From Octopus sinensis (Eukaryota): 64,000 nt of DNA. The DNA lies in assembly GCF_006345805.1 (NCBI RefSeq), contig NC_042998.1:38006001-38070000 (forward strand), read 5' to 3'. A program made the position numbers and the translations under genes. Of this stretch, positions 35,890-50,309 are shown piece after piece. The notes under the pieces are model-generated. The model did no database searches, was not told where the DNA came from, and worked only from the letters and a program-made list of their open reading frames with translations. Each line of letters starts with the position of its first letter. Within the stretch, counting starts at the first letter, position 1.

Positions 35890-36161
35890 CCACACACACA
35901 CGACGAGCTTCCCTACGGGAACACTGAATAGAAGGAGATAGCATGAAGGACATCTTGGCCTCGTGGCGGAAACGGCCGTAGGAACTGATCTTTTATTCTT
36001 TTATGTATTACTTGTACATATATGTGTAACACACAGTCTTTGTATGTGTATGTATTCTTATAATACTTCCTTCTGTTTTAAAATAAATAGTCATAATAGA
36101 ATGTCTACCGGCTAATGCATGTCATTTTTGTACCCCCTCCATTTTCTTTTTTGCCGATACA

Positions 36162-36196
<35 letters not shown>

Positions 36197-36394
36197 TCGT
36201 GAGTCGGTTGTAGATTTTTAGGCGTAAGAGAATATATTCTCTATGTGCCTGGTGTAAAATACACCTGAAAATAAGTTATAGTCATATGTATATGTACATA
36301 TATATGTATCTATATATATGTATATGTACATATATATATATGTATGTATATACATGTATATAGATATACATACGTTCATATACACAGACATACG

Positions 36395-36425
<31 letters not shown>

Positions 36426-39400
36426 TTATCTATATGTATCTGTGTGTGTATTGTGTGAATCAATGACGTGCATTTAGTATATTTGCTGCCAACAGAATTT
36501 CCCATATATAATTGTACAGTCAGCCTAACAGGAAATATTTGTGAAAAATAATTATTTAATGGCGTATATCTTCTAAATTGGATTTAACATGTTGGGGATA
36601 ATTGTATAGAAGTATTTCTCCATGAACCGTTATTTGTACATTGAGGTGTGTGATATGGTATGACTTCCAGCTTATTAATTAAAATTTATCTTTTGTTTTT
36701 TATTGGACGAAATCTACTAGGGAAACGAGAGGTGAGATGATGTGCGTTTGATTAAAAAAAAACACAAAGGCAAATACAAAAATTAAAAATAAAAGTTGGA
36801 AATGTATTTTAATGACTATTCCTGTTTGAGACTAATTAGAAACTCATGCACACTCAGTCTTTCCGCCACCAAAACTATGTGTGTATTTGTGTATGTGTAC
36901 ATGACTAAAAATATGGATATTGATGTGTTAGCTATTTAAAATTAAATATAGACGAGTTATTTTAAAACAAAACCATTGAAGACTTTCCGTTAGAAGTTTT
37001 AATGATCATAATTTTACGTTGGAAAGTGAAGGACGCATTCGAGTGCAGAAATCGTCCTGTGATGGACTAATCACTTTTCCGTAATTACCTTTGTCCTTTT
37101 CCTGTTTTCTGTTCAAATGCTTCCCAATCATTTAACTCCCAGGAATGAGTAAAATAGGTCCAAAACGTGCAGTATTGTTGTTTAAACAAAATACACTTCA
37201 ACATTTTATATTCAATAAATCTATACAGGATAATTGGTAATAAATCCCGTCAGCACATGCATAGCACGAGACAAAATCAGGATAGGATGTAATACATATT
37301 TTCAGCTTTTACACGATGTATATTCTAGGCAACACAAATTTACTCTCAGCTATTTTCATCTCTAATAGTTGCGTTGTTTGACTTTTTATCAAAATAGTTC
37401 AAGAATACACAAAACACAGCCATGTAGATTCTGGTCTATATATTTCAGTTTTATAGTTTGGTTTAGATATAGTAATTTCTACCAAAAGAATTCTCGCGAA
37501 ATTTAAAACGTTAACCTTATCTAAGGAGACACAGACTGTTAGCAAAGCATTAAATTATCAACTGCTGATTGATAGGAGATAACACAGAAACGAAATACCT
37601 CGAGTTTGAATATCATAACATATTTCACCCTCAGGCATTTTGTCTACGAATAAAACACGACTACGGAAGACAAAATATGTGTCACAAATCTTTTACAGGC
37701 CAAGAAAAGTTTAGGAAATATTACAGGCCAGCGCTCAGTCAAGTACGTTTCATTTGCGAATGTAGCGCTAATTTAAAACCAACTTTTGTATTGCTCTATA
37801 ATTTAGTTATGTATATATGTAACACTGTTTTGACTTGTTCAGTCAACCGTGTCAGGCTTAACTTACCACACTAAACATTGTTACTTGATACTAACACACG
37901 GACGTAGCGGGAAACCTAAAAAAATTTCTAAGACCAGTCATGTGGTTATTCCTCTATCAATCAAATACTATTCAAAACATACTAATTTGAGCTATGAACA
38001 CCCTTCCCATAAAACAGGGCAAACTTCAATCACTAGTCAGGAGCAAGACAACTGCGACATGAGCCACGTCTTTCTATTTCAACTTTTTGAAAATCAGTGT
38101 AAACTGTGAAACCGGTTAAAGCTTCAAATATTTTAATTAAAAATAGTTTCACTATTCTCAGTGCATTTTCAACTTATAGTTTTCTTATATATACATGCGC
38201 GCATACACTATAGAGACAGAATTTGATAGAATTCGACTGATTATAATGGAGACACGACGTACGGAATATCGATCGCTTCGATCAACAATTTTCCACAATG
38301 ACAGTTTTCTTACATTGCACTCCAAAGGCATCATGCTTCTCATATTCTGATACAGATAAAAATCACAATCAATTTTAGTATCTTGTATTTAATCGCAATT
38401 ATTAGAAGCTTCAAATTAAAAGTTTTGAATCTTAATTGAATTGTAACAAGTATTTTCTGACTCGGCAATTTCACGACTTTGTAATTAACATGCAAAATTG
38501 TCAAACATTGAAAATTTAACATTCGTAATGGATTTGAGGGATTCAGCTATTCGCTGTCAATGATTATGGAGGCTGTGGAAAATTTGTTATCTTGATATAA
38601 TTAGTGGTTGTTTTATACATTTGTAGTTGTATATCTTATTATACATGTCTTTCGATATCTGTTCACTGAAATCTTGGCAAATCGACAATGTGAAGAAGAA
38701 GAAGGTCAAGACAGAGTGAAGTTTAGTATCATCGTGCTGTATGTGATGGTGTTATTAGTGCTTTTAAAATTGCACACGTTTAAACTGTTTGAATGAAAAA
38801 GGCGCGAATTATTCGCCAAACAATTAGATATGGCACCGTGTCACTGAATCAGGGCGTGTCATTGCCAAGAATCTGAATTTTCAATACTTCATTCACCTGG
38901 AAATAGAATATTGAACATAAAAAACATAATGTTAATAAGGTTTTGCAAATTTAACTCCAGATAAGTGCACTACAGATTCATAAAAAAGAAAGTTCGTTAG
39001 ATTGGTAGACAGAAAATAATAGCATATATCACAACAAATTTTCATTATTACCAAAATCTTCACAAACTTTCACCATCAGCGTGCCTTATAATAATTTAAA
39101 TATAGGAATATACAAAGTGTAAAATGTAAAATTCTATATAAAAACAGTATTAGAAATACATGAACTTCTATGTCAGATCGGAAAATCTAAGAATCAAAGT
39201 GCAATATATGGTTTCTATAGATTATTGAAACCGAAATCACAAAGCCTTCTCCATCTTCTACTGTTGCCGCCATTTACTGTGTAAGAAGCAAAATGTTGTT
39301 CTTTCAATTATGTGTGAATTTATGATTTATTCTTGTCTGATGCTCTACAGCATTTATATACAAACTCTTTTACGTTTATAGACTGAAAAAAGTCACGAAC

Positions 39401-40287
39401 TGCAGAAAGAGAATATTGGTCTAATATTTACACAACATTAAAAGTGTTAGAGTATTTTTTTTTATCAAGATAACTTGGATGACGTCTTAATAGATAAATA
39501 TTCTGGATGAGAAGATAGAATCAACAATTCAAAAGTGTTTCATCTGATCATAATTTAACATAAAAAATTAGGGGGCTCCCTAAACAGAACACTGCTGTAA
39601 ATATCCTACACACTAGGATTGCTATATTCTGATGGTAAATCCTTTTGAGGTTAAGTTTGACTTTCAGTATCGTATAAGAGTTTAGAAAAAATCTTTCCTT
39701 TAAAACATTAGGATTGTGGCGAGCATAAATTCATGATTATGATCTCATAAGAAATGTTCAGATTTTTTGTACCCATCGTCATTATCTTTTATCTTATACT
39801 AGTTTCAGTTCGAGAGATAAAGCCATGCTGAGAGATTCTCCAATAAAATTTGTTCTAGAAATAAATTCTTGCATTTAGTTGATGAATATGTGAAATACAA
39901 ATCAGTACCCATGTACCCGTTTGATCTGCCCTCTTTTTACGCCAGACAATCGAAATGTACATTGAAATCAATATGATCAAAATGTAAATGCCAGATATCA
40001 AAAGAAATATTTGCGAAAACATGCAACCAGTATTTCAATACATTTGCTCTTTTTGTTAAAACACTAACATTTGAACGAATTTCTGTTGTCATGTAACTGA
40101 TGTCAACCGAATGGACTGAGTGCTGGGGCTGACACGACCTCTAGCGACCCACATCATTCATTTGTCATTGAGCAATTCTAATAACTAGTAATGCAATGAA
40201 TTTCGCCCCCAAAATGCATGATTTAATTAAACTGAACCTTGAATATAATCAGTATTTTAGCAGCAACTTAATGTTAGACTATAATAT

Positions 40288-40379
40288 CTTGGTCCATTGA
40301 ACCACTGTCAAGCAAGCCATATCACCTGCCCTACCTTGGTCCATTGAACCACTGTCAAGCAGGCCATATCACCTGCCCT
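40288..40379. repeat. 47-bp tandem duplication
   Basis: CTTGGTCCATTGAACCACTGTCAAGCA(A/G)GCCATATCACCTGCCCT twice. Confidence 0.9.
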
Positions 40380-41409
40380 CCATTGTGTTTATGTTTTAGT
40401 AGGGCAAAAATGCAAATTCGACTTTGATTAGGTTTGAACTTAGAATATGGGAAGACGTCATAAAATACCTCATATGATATCTGGCAGTTTACCAGTTCTG
40501 CTATGTATTCAACATTTGTGGATATTAAGTGATATAAATAATTGATTTTATAAATTAAACAACTATATAAAAGCTGTGATGATGCAAAATAGTTATTTAT
40601 ATCCTGGTTTACAACGTGGTTCATTTGGAAGAAATGTTCGTTAGACAATCTGAATATTGGGAAAGGAAGCAGTCGACCGGGATCGATTAGCCGCAGGGAT
40701 GCAAGCGATCTAACGTGAAATCAAACAGAAGAAGCGATTTGAAGACATTACAAGCAAATTTAATGAAAATAGGTATCCTACTGCCAGAGTAAATTCTAAA
40801 ATAAGGTAAAATATCTCTGCAAATATTCTTATTAGAGATGAGTAGTGTGGAAATAAATTGTCGTCTCCGATGCAAAGAGATAGGAATGAAATAAAGGCAT
40901 CGCATTTTGAATGTAAAAGAGAAAAAAAACCCTTTACTAGAAAACTTGTTTATATGATTCTTTTTTTATTTAAGCCACGTTGAAATTGGATGTATTAATG
41001 TACGTTTTATGAGACACTTCAAAGAAAGAATACCTGCCCAAACGCACATGCTCCTATCATTAGAAATATATAGTTTATTTGTCCTCAGAATGTTTCGGTT
41101 ATTGCAAGTTGGAAACGATATCGTTACTAGAAAATAAAAGGCACTGGTAGTTAACAGCCCATGTGACATGCGAATAAGAAAACAAATGGGTTCACAATCA
41201 AAGAGAAACTCCAAAATTTGATTCCACACAAAGTATGTGTTGCTATCAAATGGCACAAAGATTTTGTAGATTCCATTCATTTATTCCAAGCAACTGGAAT
41301 CGGGAGGAAATTTTAGGTAGTCACATTAAGATACTTAATAATTAAATAAATAAATAATTTTAATAAGTTAGTAATTAACTTATGTTTAACTTGTGATTCA
41401 CTTACAAAT

Positions 41410-41762
41410 TAGGTTTCAAATTTTGGCACAAGGCCAGCGATTTTAGGGATGGGGATGAGTCGATTACATCGGCCCCAACGTACAACTGGCAGTTATATTA
41501 TCGACCCCGAAGGGTTTACCACCTTAAGTTACCTTATGTTAATATTGGTTTCAAATTTTGGCACAAGACCCCCAATTGCAGAGCTGGGGGTTAAGTCGAT
41601 TACATCGACCCCCATTACTCAAGTCGTACTTATTTTATCAACCTCGAAAGGATGAAAGACAACGTCAACCCCGGTGGCATTCGACTTCAGAACTTAAAGA
41701 CGGACGAAATGCCGCTAAGCATTTTGTCCGGCATGTTAACAATTCTGCCATCTCGCTGCCTT
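41410..41762 (-). mobile_element. SINE family A with a duplicated 3' part
   Basis: Two TTTCAAATTTTGGCACAAG...GATTACATCG units and one head. Confidence 0.7.
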
Positions 41763-41799
41763 AAATTCGCTTTTCATATTACATCCTGAAAAGCAGTTC

Positions 41800-42003
41800 A
41801 CTCGCAGAATTGTTAGCACCCCGGGGAAAATATTCGCGACATTTCGTCTTCATTACGTTCTGAGACACAATTCTGCCAAGGTCGATTTTGTATTTCATCT
41901 CTTCGGTGTCGTTAAATATAAGTACCAGTTGAACGCTGGGATGGATGTAATTCGCTGAACCCTCCACTCGAAATTGCTGGCCTTGTGCTAAAATTTGAAA
42001 CCG
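41800..42003 (+). mobile_element. SINE family A (head-to-head with the previous copy)
   Basis: GCAGAATTGTTAGCAC...AAGTACCAG...GGCCTTGTGC. Confidence 0.7.
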
Positions 42004-42624
42004 TTTATGCATTATGTGCAAAACAGACTCTCATGCAAGTAAAGTTCTAGATATTACGGTAAGAAAATCCACAACTTAAATTGTTTTGCGAAAATATTTC
42101 AACATAAATCCAGTAGTTTCTGATAGTGCAGAATGGACGCCTCGTCAGTGAATTACTTCTATAAATATTTAGAAAACAGCGTCACATTATGGTTGTTGGT
42201 GATGTTACCTCAACAAACTGTCCTAAAGACACGATAACAAATTTAGCACTTTTCCATTACTTTACGATAAGTTTTCACACATGCTAACATCAAATTCTAT
42301 TTCGTTTATAAACAGATATCAATTCGGAAACACAAATCATTTTAGCAACTCTATGAAAAGTGGGTAAAGAAACAAAATAATTATTTGATTACGCATCTCT
42401 TCATGTTCAAAAGATGTATTCTATTCGCGAGCTGAGTGTAATTCGGATTCTGTACTCAACTTGAGGCGTTTCTGTTTGTTTGCGTTTCGACAACACTTTC
42501 CCAAGAAGAACAGTGTAGGTTGCGCTGAGCGGCAGACAGAGATCAAACACTCCATCTGCGGGATATCGTTGCAAGATCGCCTGCAAATTGCCATTTACTA
42601 TCCAAATACATAATAAATATTCTT

Positions 42625-43019
42625 TTCTACTTTAGGCACAGGGACCTAAATTTTGGGGAAGGGGGCCAGTCGATAAGATCGGCTCCAGTACGCAACTGGT
42701 ACTAATCTATCGACTCCGAAAGGATGAAAGGCAAAGTCGACCTCGGCGGAACTTGAACTCGGAATGTAGCGGCAGACGAAATACCTATTTCTTTACTACC
42801 AACAAGGAGCTAAACACAGAGGAGACAAACAAGGACACACAAACGGATTAAGTCGATTACATCGACCCCAGTGCGTAACTAGTACTTAATTTATCGACCC
42901 CGAAAGGATGAAAGGCAAAGTCGACCTCGGCGGAATTTGAACTAAGAACGTAAAGACAGACGAAATACTGGTAAGTATTTCGCCCGGCGTGCTAACGTTT
43001 CTGCCAGCTCACCGCCTTC
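42625..43019 (-). mobile_element. SINE family A, dimeric form
   Basis: Core, tail module, core, head; same junction as 1058-1440. Confidence 0.85.
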
Positions 43020-43266
43020 AAATACACAATAAACATTATGATACAGTCCTCGATATAATGTTTATAAAAATAAAAAAAATTGTTCTTCCATAGCCATTAA
43101 GAGTCAAGACATGAATATCGTAAACAAATTGCCGGTTAAAGAAATAAGTATCAAAAGGGATAAGGGGAGAAAGCGACCATGTTACGGTGGCATCAGGAGT
43201 TACAGCGTTGGAAAAGTGATTGTTTCAGATCAAAGGATACTGGGAAAGTATTCCATAATACTTGAC

Positions 43267-43353
43267 GTTTTGTAGGATGACGTCAGCAACGAAATGTTTT
43301 GTAGTGTGACGTCAGCAACCAAACGTTTTGTAGGATGACGTCAGCAACGGAAC
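43267..43353. promoter_or_regulatory. 29-bp tandem repeat x3, each with a perfect CRE (TGACGTCA)
   Basis: TGACGTCA at 43278, 43307 and 43336. Unit GTTTTGTAG(GA/TG)TGACGTCAGCAACxxAAx. Function is inferred, not shown. Confidence 0.5.
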
Positions 43354-44101
43354 GACTTCTGTAGTTTGCCTGGTCTTGATTTTTTTTTTTTAATAAAATT
43401 CATCAAACGGTTTTATTTTTGATTTCTGGCAACACATGATTATTGAATGTCTTTTCTGAAGCAAATGCATCTCTGTTCTCTCTCTCTCTATGTATACAAA
43501 TAATTAAACACTTGGGAATTTCAAGAGCGATCAAATGATAGCAAAAGATTTTCATAAAAACTGTTTTAACAAGTGATGCTTAGAGATCAGATGTTTATTT
43601 ATGGACGATATTTTTCAAAACCGTGTGTTTATTGCTTACTCACAAACCGCAAAACATATGACCAGATTATACGATCAGTTAAGAGCCATATTTTGATATC
43701 CTTAATGACAATAAAGGAAAATTAAGGACCAAATTCACAATAACTATGCTTAGAAATACTGATTTATTATCGCCTGACAAATACGAGAAATGATCGTAAT
43801 AGAAAATGTATCAGATCATTGTTAGAGCTATTGGTAGGAGATAATCCCAGCATGGCCTCTCTCATGGTCGGGTTGTAAGCAAATTCACCGACCAACTTTC
43901 AAAGCCAGTTGTCATACTTTTTTCAAATTTTAATTTGTTTCCTCTTTATGGAAAAAGAAAATTACTTTTTCTTCATGGTTTAACTATGGTTTTCTGACCA
44001 TGCCTGCTTTAGCGGCCTTCTTTAATCCATCTTTACCCTTCTTTTATCAGCTCAGCTTTTACATTCTCCGGGGTATTGTACAATTATAAATCGCTTTTTA
44101 C

Positions 44102-44405
<304 letters not shown>

Positions 44406-44644
44406 AAACGAACATTTTGGTTGGTATACTGCATCTACCTCCAATATAGATTTTCTAGCGGACCAGTTTGCTACCAGCAAGTGTAAATTCTTAGATTCAA
44501 AATTGCTAAAATATGAAACACAATGTTATATGGATTATCATAACACCTAGATTAAATGCTTACTCCGATGCTTATGAAAACATTTCCTTTTAGGCTTTGT
44601 AGTTTTCATATAAATAATTTACATATGCAAAATAATTCAGTGTG

Positions 44645-45012
44645 TAGGGGTGGCTGTTTTGTAAAAAGCTTGCTTCCCAGTCACATGTTTACGGGTTCAG
44701 TGGCACTGCATGGCACTTTGGGCCTCGGGATTTGGTAGGCGGCAACTGAATAAACCAGACGTATATTTTATGTTATGTGTGTGTGTCTGTGTGTGTATCT
44801 GTCTGATTGTGTGTGCATGTTTGTGTTTCGTTCTCACCAACGCCTGACAACGGGTATCGGTGCGTTCAGTTCCCCGTAACTTGGTTCGACCAAAGAGAAC
44901 AATAGAATAAGTACCCGGGTTATGAAAGATAAGTACTGGGGTCGATTCGTTTGATTAAAATTCTTCCAGCCGATGCCCCAGTATGGCCGTCTAATGACTG
45001 AAACAAGTAAGC
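44645..45012 (+). mobile_element. SINE family B (diverged)
   Basis: Head, GGTTCAGT, TTTGGTAGGCGGCAAC and 3' AGAATAAGTAC...GCCCCAGTATGGCCG. Confidence 0.6.
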
Positions 45013-45202
45013 GATAACTGACATGTAAGCTTAGGTGTTGTAATCGTAACCAGCTTATTAGCTTAACCATGTGGACGGCAGTTTTATTTGCGAGACATTA
45101 TTTCATCGATTTTACGCCTCTTTCATAAATAACACGGAAACGAACGAAACGAAGTTGCTACAGAAAGCTCTCTGAAGCTCATCTCGTGAGATGTCTTCAT
45201 AC

Positions 45203-45690
45203 CTATTTCTTTATTACCCACAAGGGGCTAAACAAAGAGGGGACAAACAAGAACAGGCATATGTATTAAGTCGATTACATCGGCCCCAGTGCGTAACTGG
45301 TACTTAATTTATCGACCCCGAAAGGATTAAAGGCAAAGTCGACCTCGGTGGAATTTGAATTCAGAACGTAACGACAGACGAAATACCGCTAAGCATTTCG
45401 CCCGGCGTGCTAACGTCTCTGCCAGCTCGTTGAGACAAGGATAACGTCGACATTTTCAAAGTATCTGCGCACTCTGTAGAACCAATAGAATGGTTTCAAA
45501 TGCTAGCAATTTGGGAGGAAGGAAGTAAATCGATTACATCGATCCCACTGCTCGACTGGTACCAATTATAGGGACCCCGTAAAGATGAAGACAAATTCAA
45601 CCTCGGCGGAATTTGAACTCAGAGCGTAAATACGACGAAATGACGCCAAGCATTTTCTTGGCCCACCGACGATCCTGCCAGCTCGCGCAT
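45203..45690 (-). mobile_element. Two SINE family A copies (45203-45430 with tail module; 45495-45690)
   Basis: Standard core and head motifs in reverse complement. Confidence 0.75.
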
Positions 45691-46575
45691 TCGGACCATA
45701 ATATTGACAATTATGAAAGGATCGATCCCAGGAAACGATTTGTCTCTCTCTGTATAAATTCGCCTGCGAAGAGCAATGAAGTGATATAAGACCCCATTAA
45801 AGCTGTTGTTCAGTTTGTAACAAATATTCAGTATTTGTGTGTTCTGGGTGACAATTTCGTTGTTATTAATTGAAGACTTCCTGACGACCAATTAGTAAAA
45901 TAGTTCATTTCATAAATAATGGATTTGTTATAGCCTAAAGGATAGCAACGTTGTGAGAAACACTCAGTTATTAATCAACTCTTAAACTTCATTAACCGCA
46001 GCTAACTTCCTGGTTTTACAGAGAAAATCAATGGACGTCACCGATATTCTGAATTTCACAATATGAATATGTTTACACGTATAAAAGTGAAGATATGTGT
46101 ATATACATTATTTTACCCAAGAAGAAAAAATGGATATACCGCGTGATCTGCGTATGACATTAGAAAAAAATGGACGTGACAGATATTTTCTACCTGTTTT
46201 ACGCAACCGTTAAAATCTATTTTATTGACCGTATTTAGCTTCGATTACAAATATTGACTGAATGTATGTTTGCAGTGCCTCCCGTCTTCGTTTGACAGCA
46301 TAATTGGCAAACGAAACTCAGAATAACAATCAAACGTGTTACCTTTGTCTGTAAATTCAAACTTACCTCAATTCATCCAGAATCCCACTCCCCCACAAGG
46401 GCTCACATATACACTCACATATATACATATATATATATACACTTACATATATGTATATATATATATACACTTACATATATGTATATATATATTATATACA
46501 CTTACATAAATGTATATATATATATGTGTGTCCTTGTTTGTCCTCTCTATGTTTAGCCCCCTGTGGGCAATAAAG

Positions 46576-46714
46576 AAATCACACCCGATTAAGAATGTGA
46601 GCATGTGTCTACGCTTACACATTCATAAAAAACATACATATATGTAAGTTTATATATATATATACATATATGTAAGTGTATATATATATATATATATATA
46701 TACACTTACATATA

Positions 46715-46746
<32 letters not shown>

Positions 46747-46821
46747 CACTTACATATATGTATGTTTTTTATGAATGTGTAAGCGTAGACACATGCTCAC
46801 ATTCTTAATCGGGTGTGATTT
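46576..46821. repeat. Long inverted repeat (74-bp perfect arms, palindromic TA-rich spacer)
   Basis: 46576-46649 is the exact reverse complement of 46748-46821. Confidence 0.95.
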
Positions 46822-47584
46822 GTTTGCATAAGTAATACATTTTATACTGAAGTAACTTCATCAAAGATGTTATGTCCTTTTACGGGATTGCAGGTCAAAG
46901 ACATTGGCCCAACAGTTACCTCTTTCTTCATAACCCTCCCCCATTCTTTGAGGCCAATCGTACCCAATCCCTCGAAATCACGCTCACTACTTAATTGAAA
47001 TGTTATCTCACTGTTTCGGGCACCTTCGACGGCTTTTCCCATTTAACTACCTGTAGAGCATAATCTTGATGATCCTAGACTCCTCTATACAACTACGGTT
47101 TCCAATCAGCGCAATTACGATAAGAATATTTTCATTTTACGGAACCTTCTGGTTTGAAACATGCTCTACCTAGGACTGAGCTATCAGCAAAAATGTTGTT
47201 CACAAATACACTTGGCTGAGTACATTTGCCGGATATATGTCGAGCTCAAAGGGATACGGAACCAGCTTTATGCGGCAGGAGTATACCAGCATATGCTGTC
47301 GAGCCCCGCTGTTGATATTGGGGGTTGCGTTCTATCCCTTGACTCGAGCTGGGAAATGAAAAGAATGCCTGATGTGTGTCTTGCTGTGGCTAGCTTCTCC
47401 TAAAAATGGGGATAAGGCCTGTGTATATGTATGTATTATCATCCATTATTGTGCGACTGTATGCACAATCTTGGCGTTCGCTTGCCAGCTACTCCTGCAA
47501 GCACAGTGCGTAAACTTGAGCGAGTACGCAGCCCTTCATATTTAACCTGTCGTGGTAGAAAGATCGTGGTAGATATACAATCGT

Positions 47585-47915
47585 AAAAGTACCAGTTACA
47601 CACTGGGGTCGATGTAATCACTTTAATCCCTTTGTGTGTCCTTGTGTGTCCTCTCTAGGTTTAGCCCCCTGTGGGCAATAAAGAAAGAAATATTTGTATT
47701 GTCTGGGCGACGAGCTGGCAGAATCCTTAGCGCACCGGAAGAAATGCTTAGCGGTCTTTATATTTTAAATTCAAATTCCGAGGTCAAGTTTGCATTTCAT
47801 TCCTCTGGGTCAATAAAATAACTACCAGTTGAACACTAGGGGTCGATATAACTGACTTAGCCCCCCCCCAAAACCAAGAAAAAAATTACTGGCCTTGTGC
47901 CAAAATTCGAAATCA
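47585..47915 (+). mobile_element. SINE family A fragments (core + tail module, then full head + core)
   Basis: AAGTACCAGTTACACACTGGGGTCG...TTTAGCCCCCTGTGGGCAATAAAG, then GGGCGACGAGCTGGCAGAATC. Confidence 0.7.
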
Positions 47916-49116
47916 ATATATGCATTGCCTTCCTTTCTTGTCTTCGTAATTCATTTAGTTTTCCTCTGAGAATATTGCAACTAAAACTTTGTTCAAAAAC
48001 AGTTACAACATTTATGCTTATTGCTTGTGTTTTGTATTTAGCTCTGATTTAAGTATTAACGTAATGACTTTTTAATATTCAGTTTTAAGTTTTTCAGTTT
48101 TTTATGTGTTGCAAACCGTCGTTTGTATGTGTTTGTTTCTCTTAACATTTGGTGTTTTGTTATTTAGCACATATATTCTTAATCTGTTTGGGTGTATTTT
48201 CTAATCCGAGGCTAATGGGGATGCATTTTGTAAATATGTGTAGTGATTGTTTCTAGTCCCCCACCCAACACACATACACACACCTTTGATGCATGCTTGT
48301 TCGTTGGCAACGACATTATTGCAATCAAACCTTTGTAGTTCGTAAGATGACATGATTTTCTGTATCATTTGTAGAACATAAGGAGACAAGTGTAGTCCTT
48401 TATTCAATTTCTTAGAGTTTTTTTATATAATTCTGATGACGTGAGTTTTTTTTTTACTCGTGATGTTTTCGTAGGTTTTGTGAAGCAAATTCAAAGTCCA
48501 CATCCTGCGTTTACATAATTTATAATATTTGTGGACGGAGTAAAGTGCTGTTGATATAGACGCTGGTTCTATGGTTGTGTTTACACGTCATATGAAAACT
48601 TTGCATACGGTAAACATTTGCAATTCACTATTTATATGCAGTCAACATCAATAACCATTCAGGAGCGTAACTTCAATATCTTGTCCAGTTTAGGTTTTTT
48701 TCTTTTTTCTCTTCGATTTTGTATCTTATCTGCTTTCCTCGATAATTTTGAGTGTTTGAGTTAATCATATCATGTCCACGACACATATCTGAAAAGTAAT
48801 ATATTTTATGGCTCTCAATTTATGAAATAGCTAAGATACATAATGATGAAAAAGGATATAAATTCGACATGAGAGTTTACCACGGTAAATATAAACAAAG
48901 TCATTGATAAACATGCGGACATCCTGATATGTGTACCACACGCGCAGAAACACGTATATGAGTGTGGCGTGTGTCAGTGAGTTTGTGTGTACGGATGCAT
49001 ATATATGTATAGAAGTATGTTTTTGCGTATTTATATATATGTCTGTATGGTAAGACATTTTCTTCCCAACCACATGGTGAAGTTCCTCTACGTGGTACAT
49101 AGTAAGGCCAATATTT

Positions 49117-49159
49117 ATTTCCGTCTACCAAATCCTATGTGGATTTAGTAGACGGAAAT
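49117..49159. repeat. Fold-back hairpin derived from SINE family B
   Basis: ATTTCCGTCTACCAAATCC-TATGT-GGATTTAGTAGACGGAAAT: 19-bp stem with one mismatch. Confidence 0.85.
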
Positions 49160-49924
49160 TGAAAGAAGCCTGTTGTATATTTATAAAGTATCAGAACAAT
49201 ATGCATTTAGCATATTTGCTTCATAATGTAGTTTTAACCAGAAAATAGGCTTGAAGGTATTCTTCTGTGTTGGTCAACAGCGTCTATGAATCAGAAAACA
49301 TGCGGCTGCGAAGCCGACAACTGCCTGTCCATGCCTTCTCTGCTTTCATATGTAACACTTTTTATAGGGAATTATTACAGAAATCTACCTTTTTCAACTT
49401 AAATATTAGTTTCCTGTGTATGCTAATAGATTTATAGAAGTCACGTTCGAAGTATGGGCAGAACTTGAAAATTAATAATTGTTCCATTTGTTTCTCTTAT
49501 GCTGAGATTAATTAATCGCGCGTTATTTTTCATTAAACTACATCAGTTCATCAAACTTGAGCTTCATAACATTACTGGCTGAGAAAACACCATTTTCCTC
49601 ATGCCCCTATTACACCTAATAATTTCAGAATACAAATTATTTGCACTACGAATTTGTGACCTTGCAAATACTTTAATCAATATTAATAAATACAAAACAT
49701 CAAAGTTATTTGGTTGAAAGAGAATCAAATTGAATTTTTAAAAAAATATTACTTGCAAATACGATTACATTTTGATAAATTATAATTTGGGATGTCTTTC
49801 GAAATTTCATCAAAATAAAGAGAATGAGCAAGGAATAGTAATTTCATATCACTTCCAATGACATGATAGTCTTCATAATTTGTCGAACAAAAATCGAATG
49901 ACGTACCCTTGAATTATATCATTA

Positions 49925-50041
<117 letters not shown>

Positions 50042-50221
50042 AATTCCAGCGTGGAAGGTGTTTTCTGCCTAATATATGTAAATTTATATCGCGGAATCCT
50101 CGGTATATCGCGGGTTTCTGCGCCCGATAGTTATTTATATTTCTTTAGATCTTAATTATTTCTGTGAGAGGTTTTGAGGAGTAAGACCCCCGACAGTTGA
50201 GAAATTACCGTATATATACAT

Positions 50222-50308
<87 letters not shown>

Positions 50309-50309
<1 letters not shown>

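Noticed and set aside
40700-40810. ENRYP-like Penelope remnant
   Set aside because: One short motif only, insufficient to call.
46842-47403. Short non-repetitive ORFs (66 aa minus, 80 aa plus)
   Set aside because: No recognisable domain or consistent splice context.
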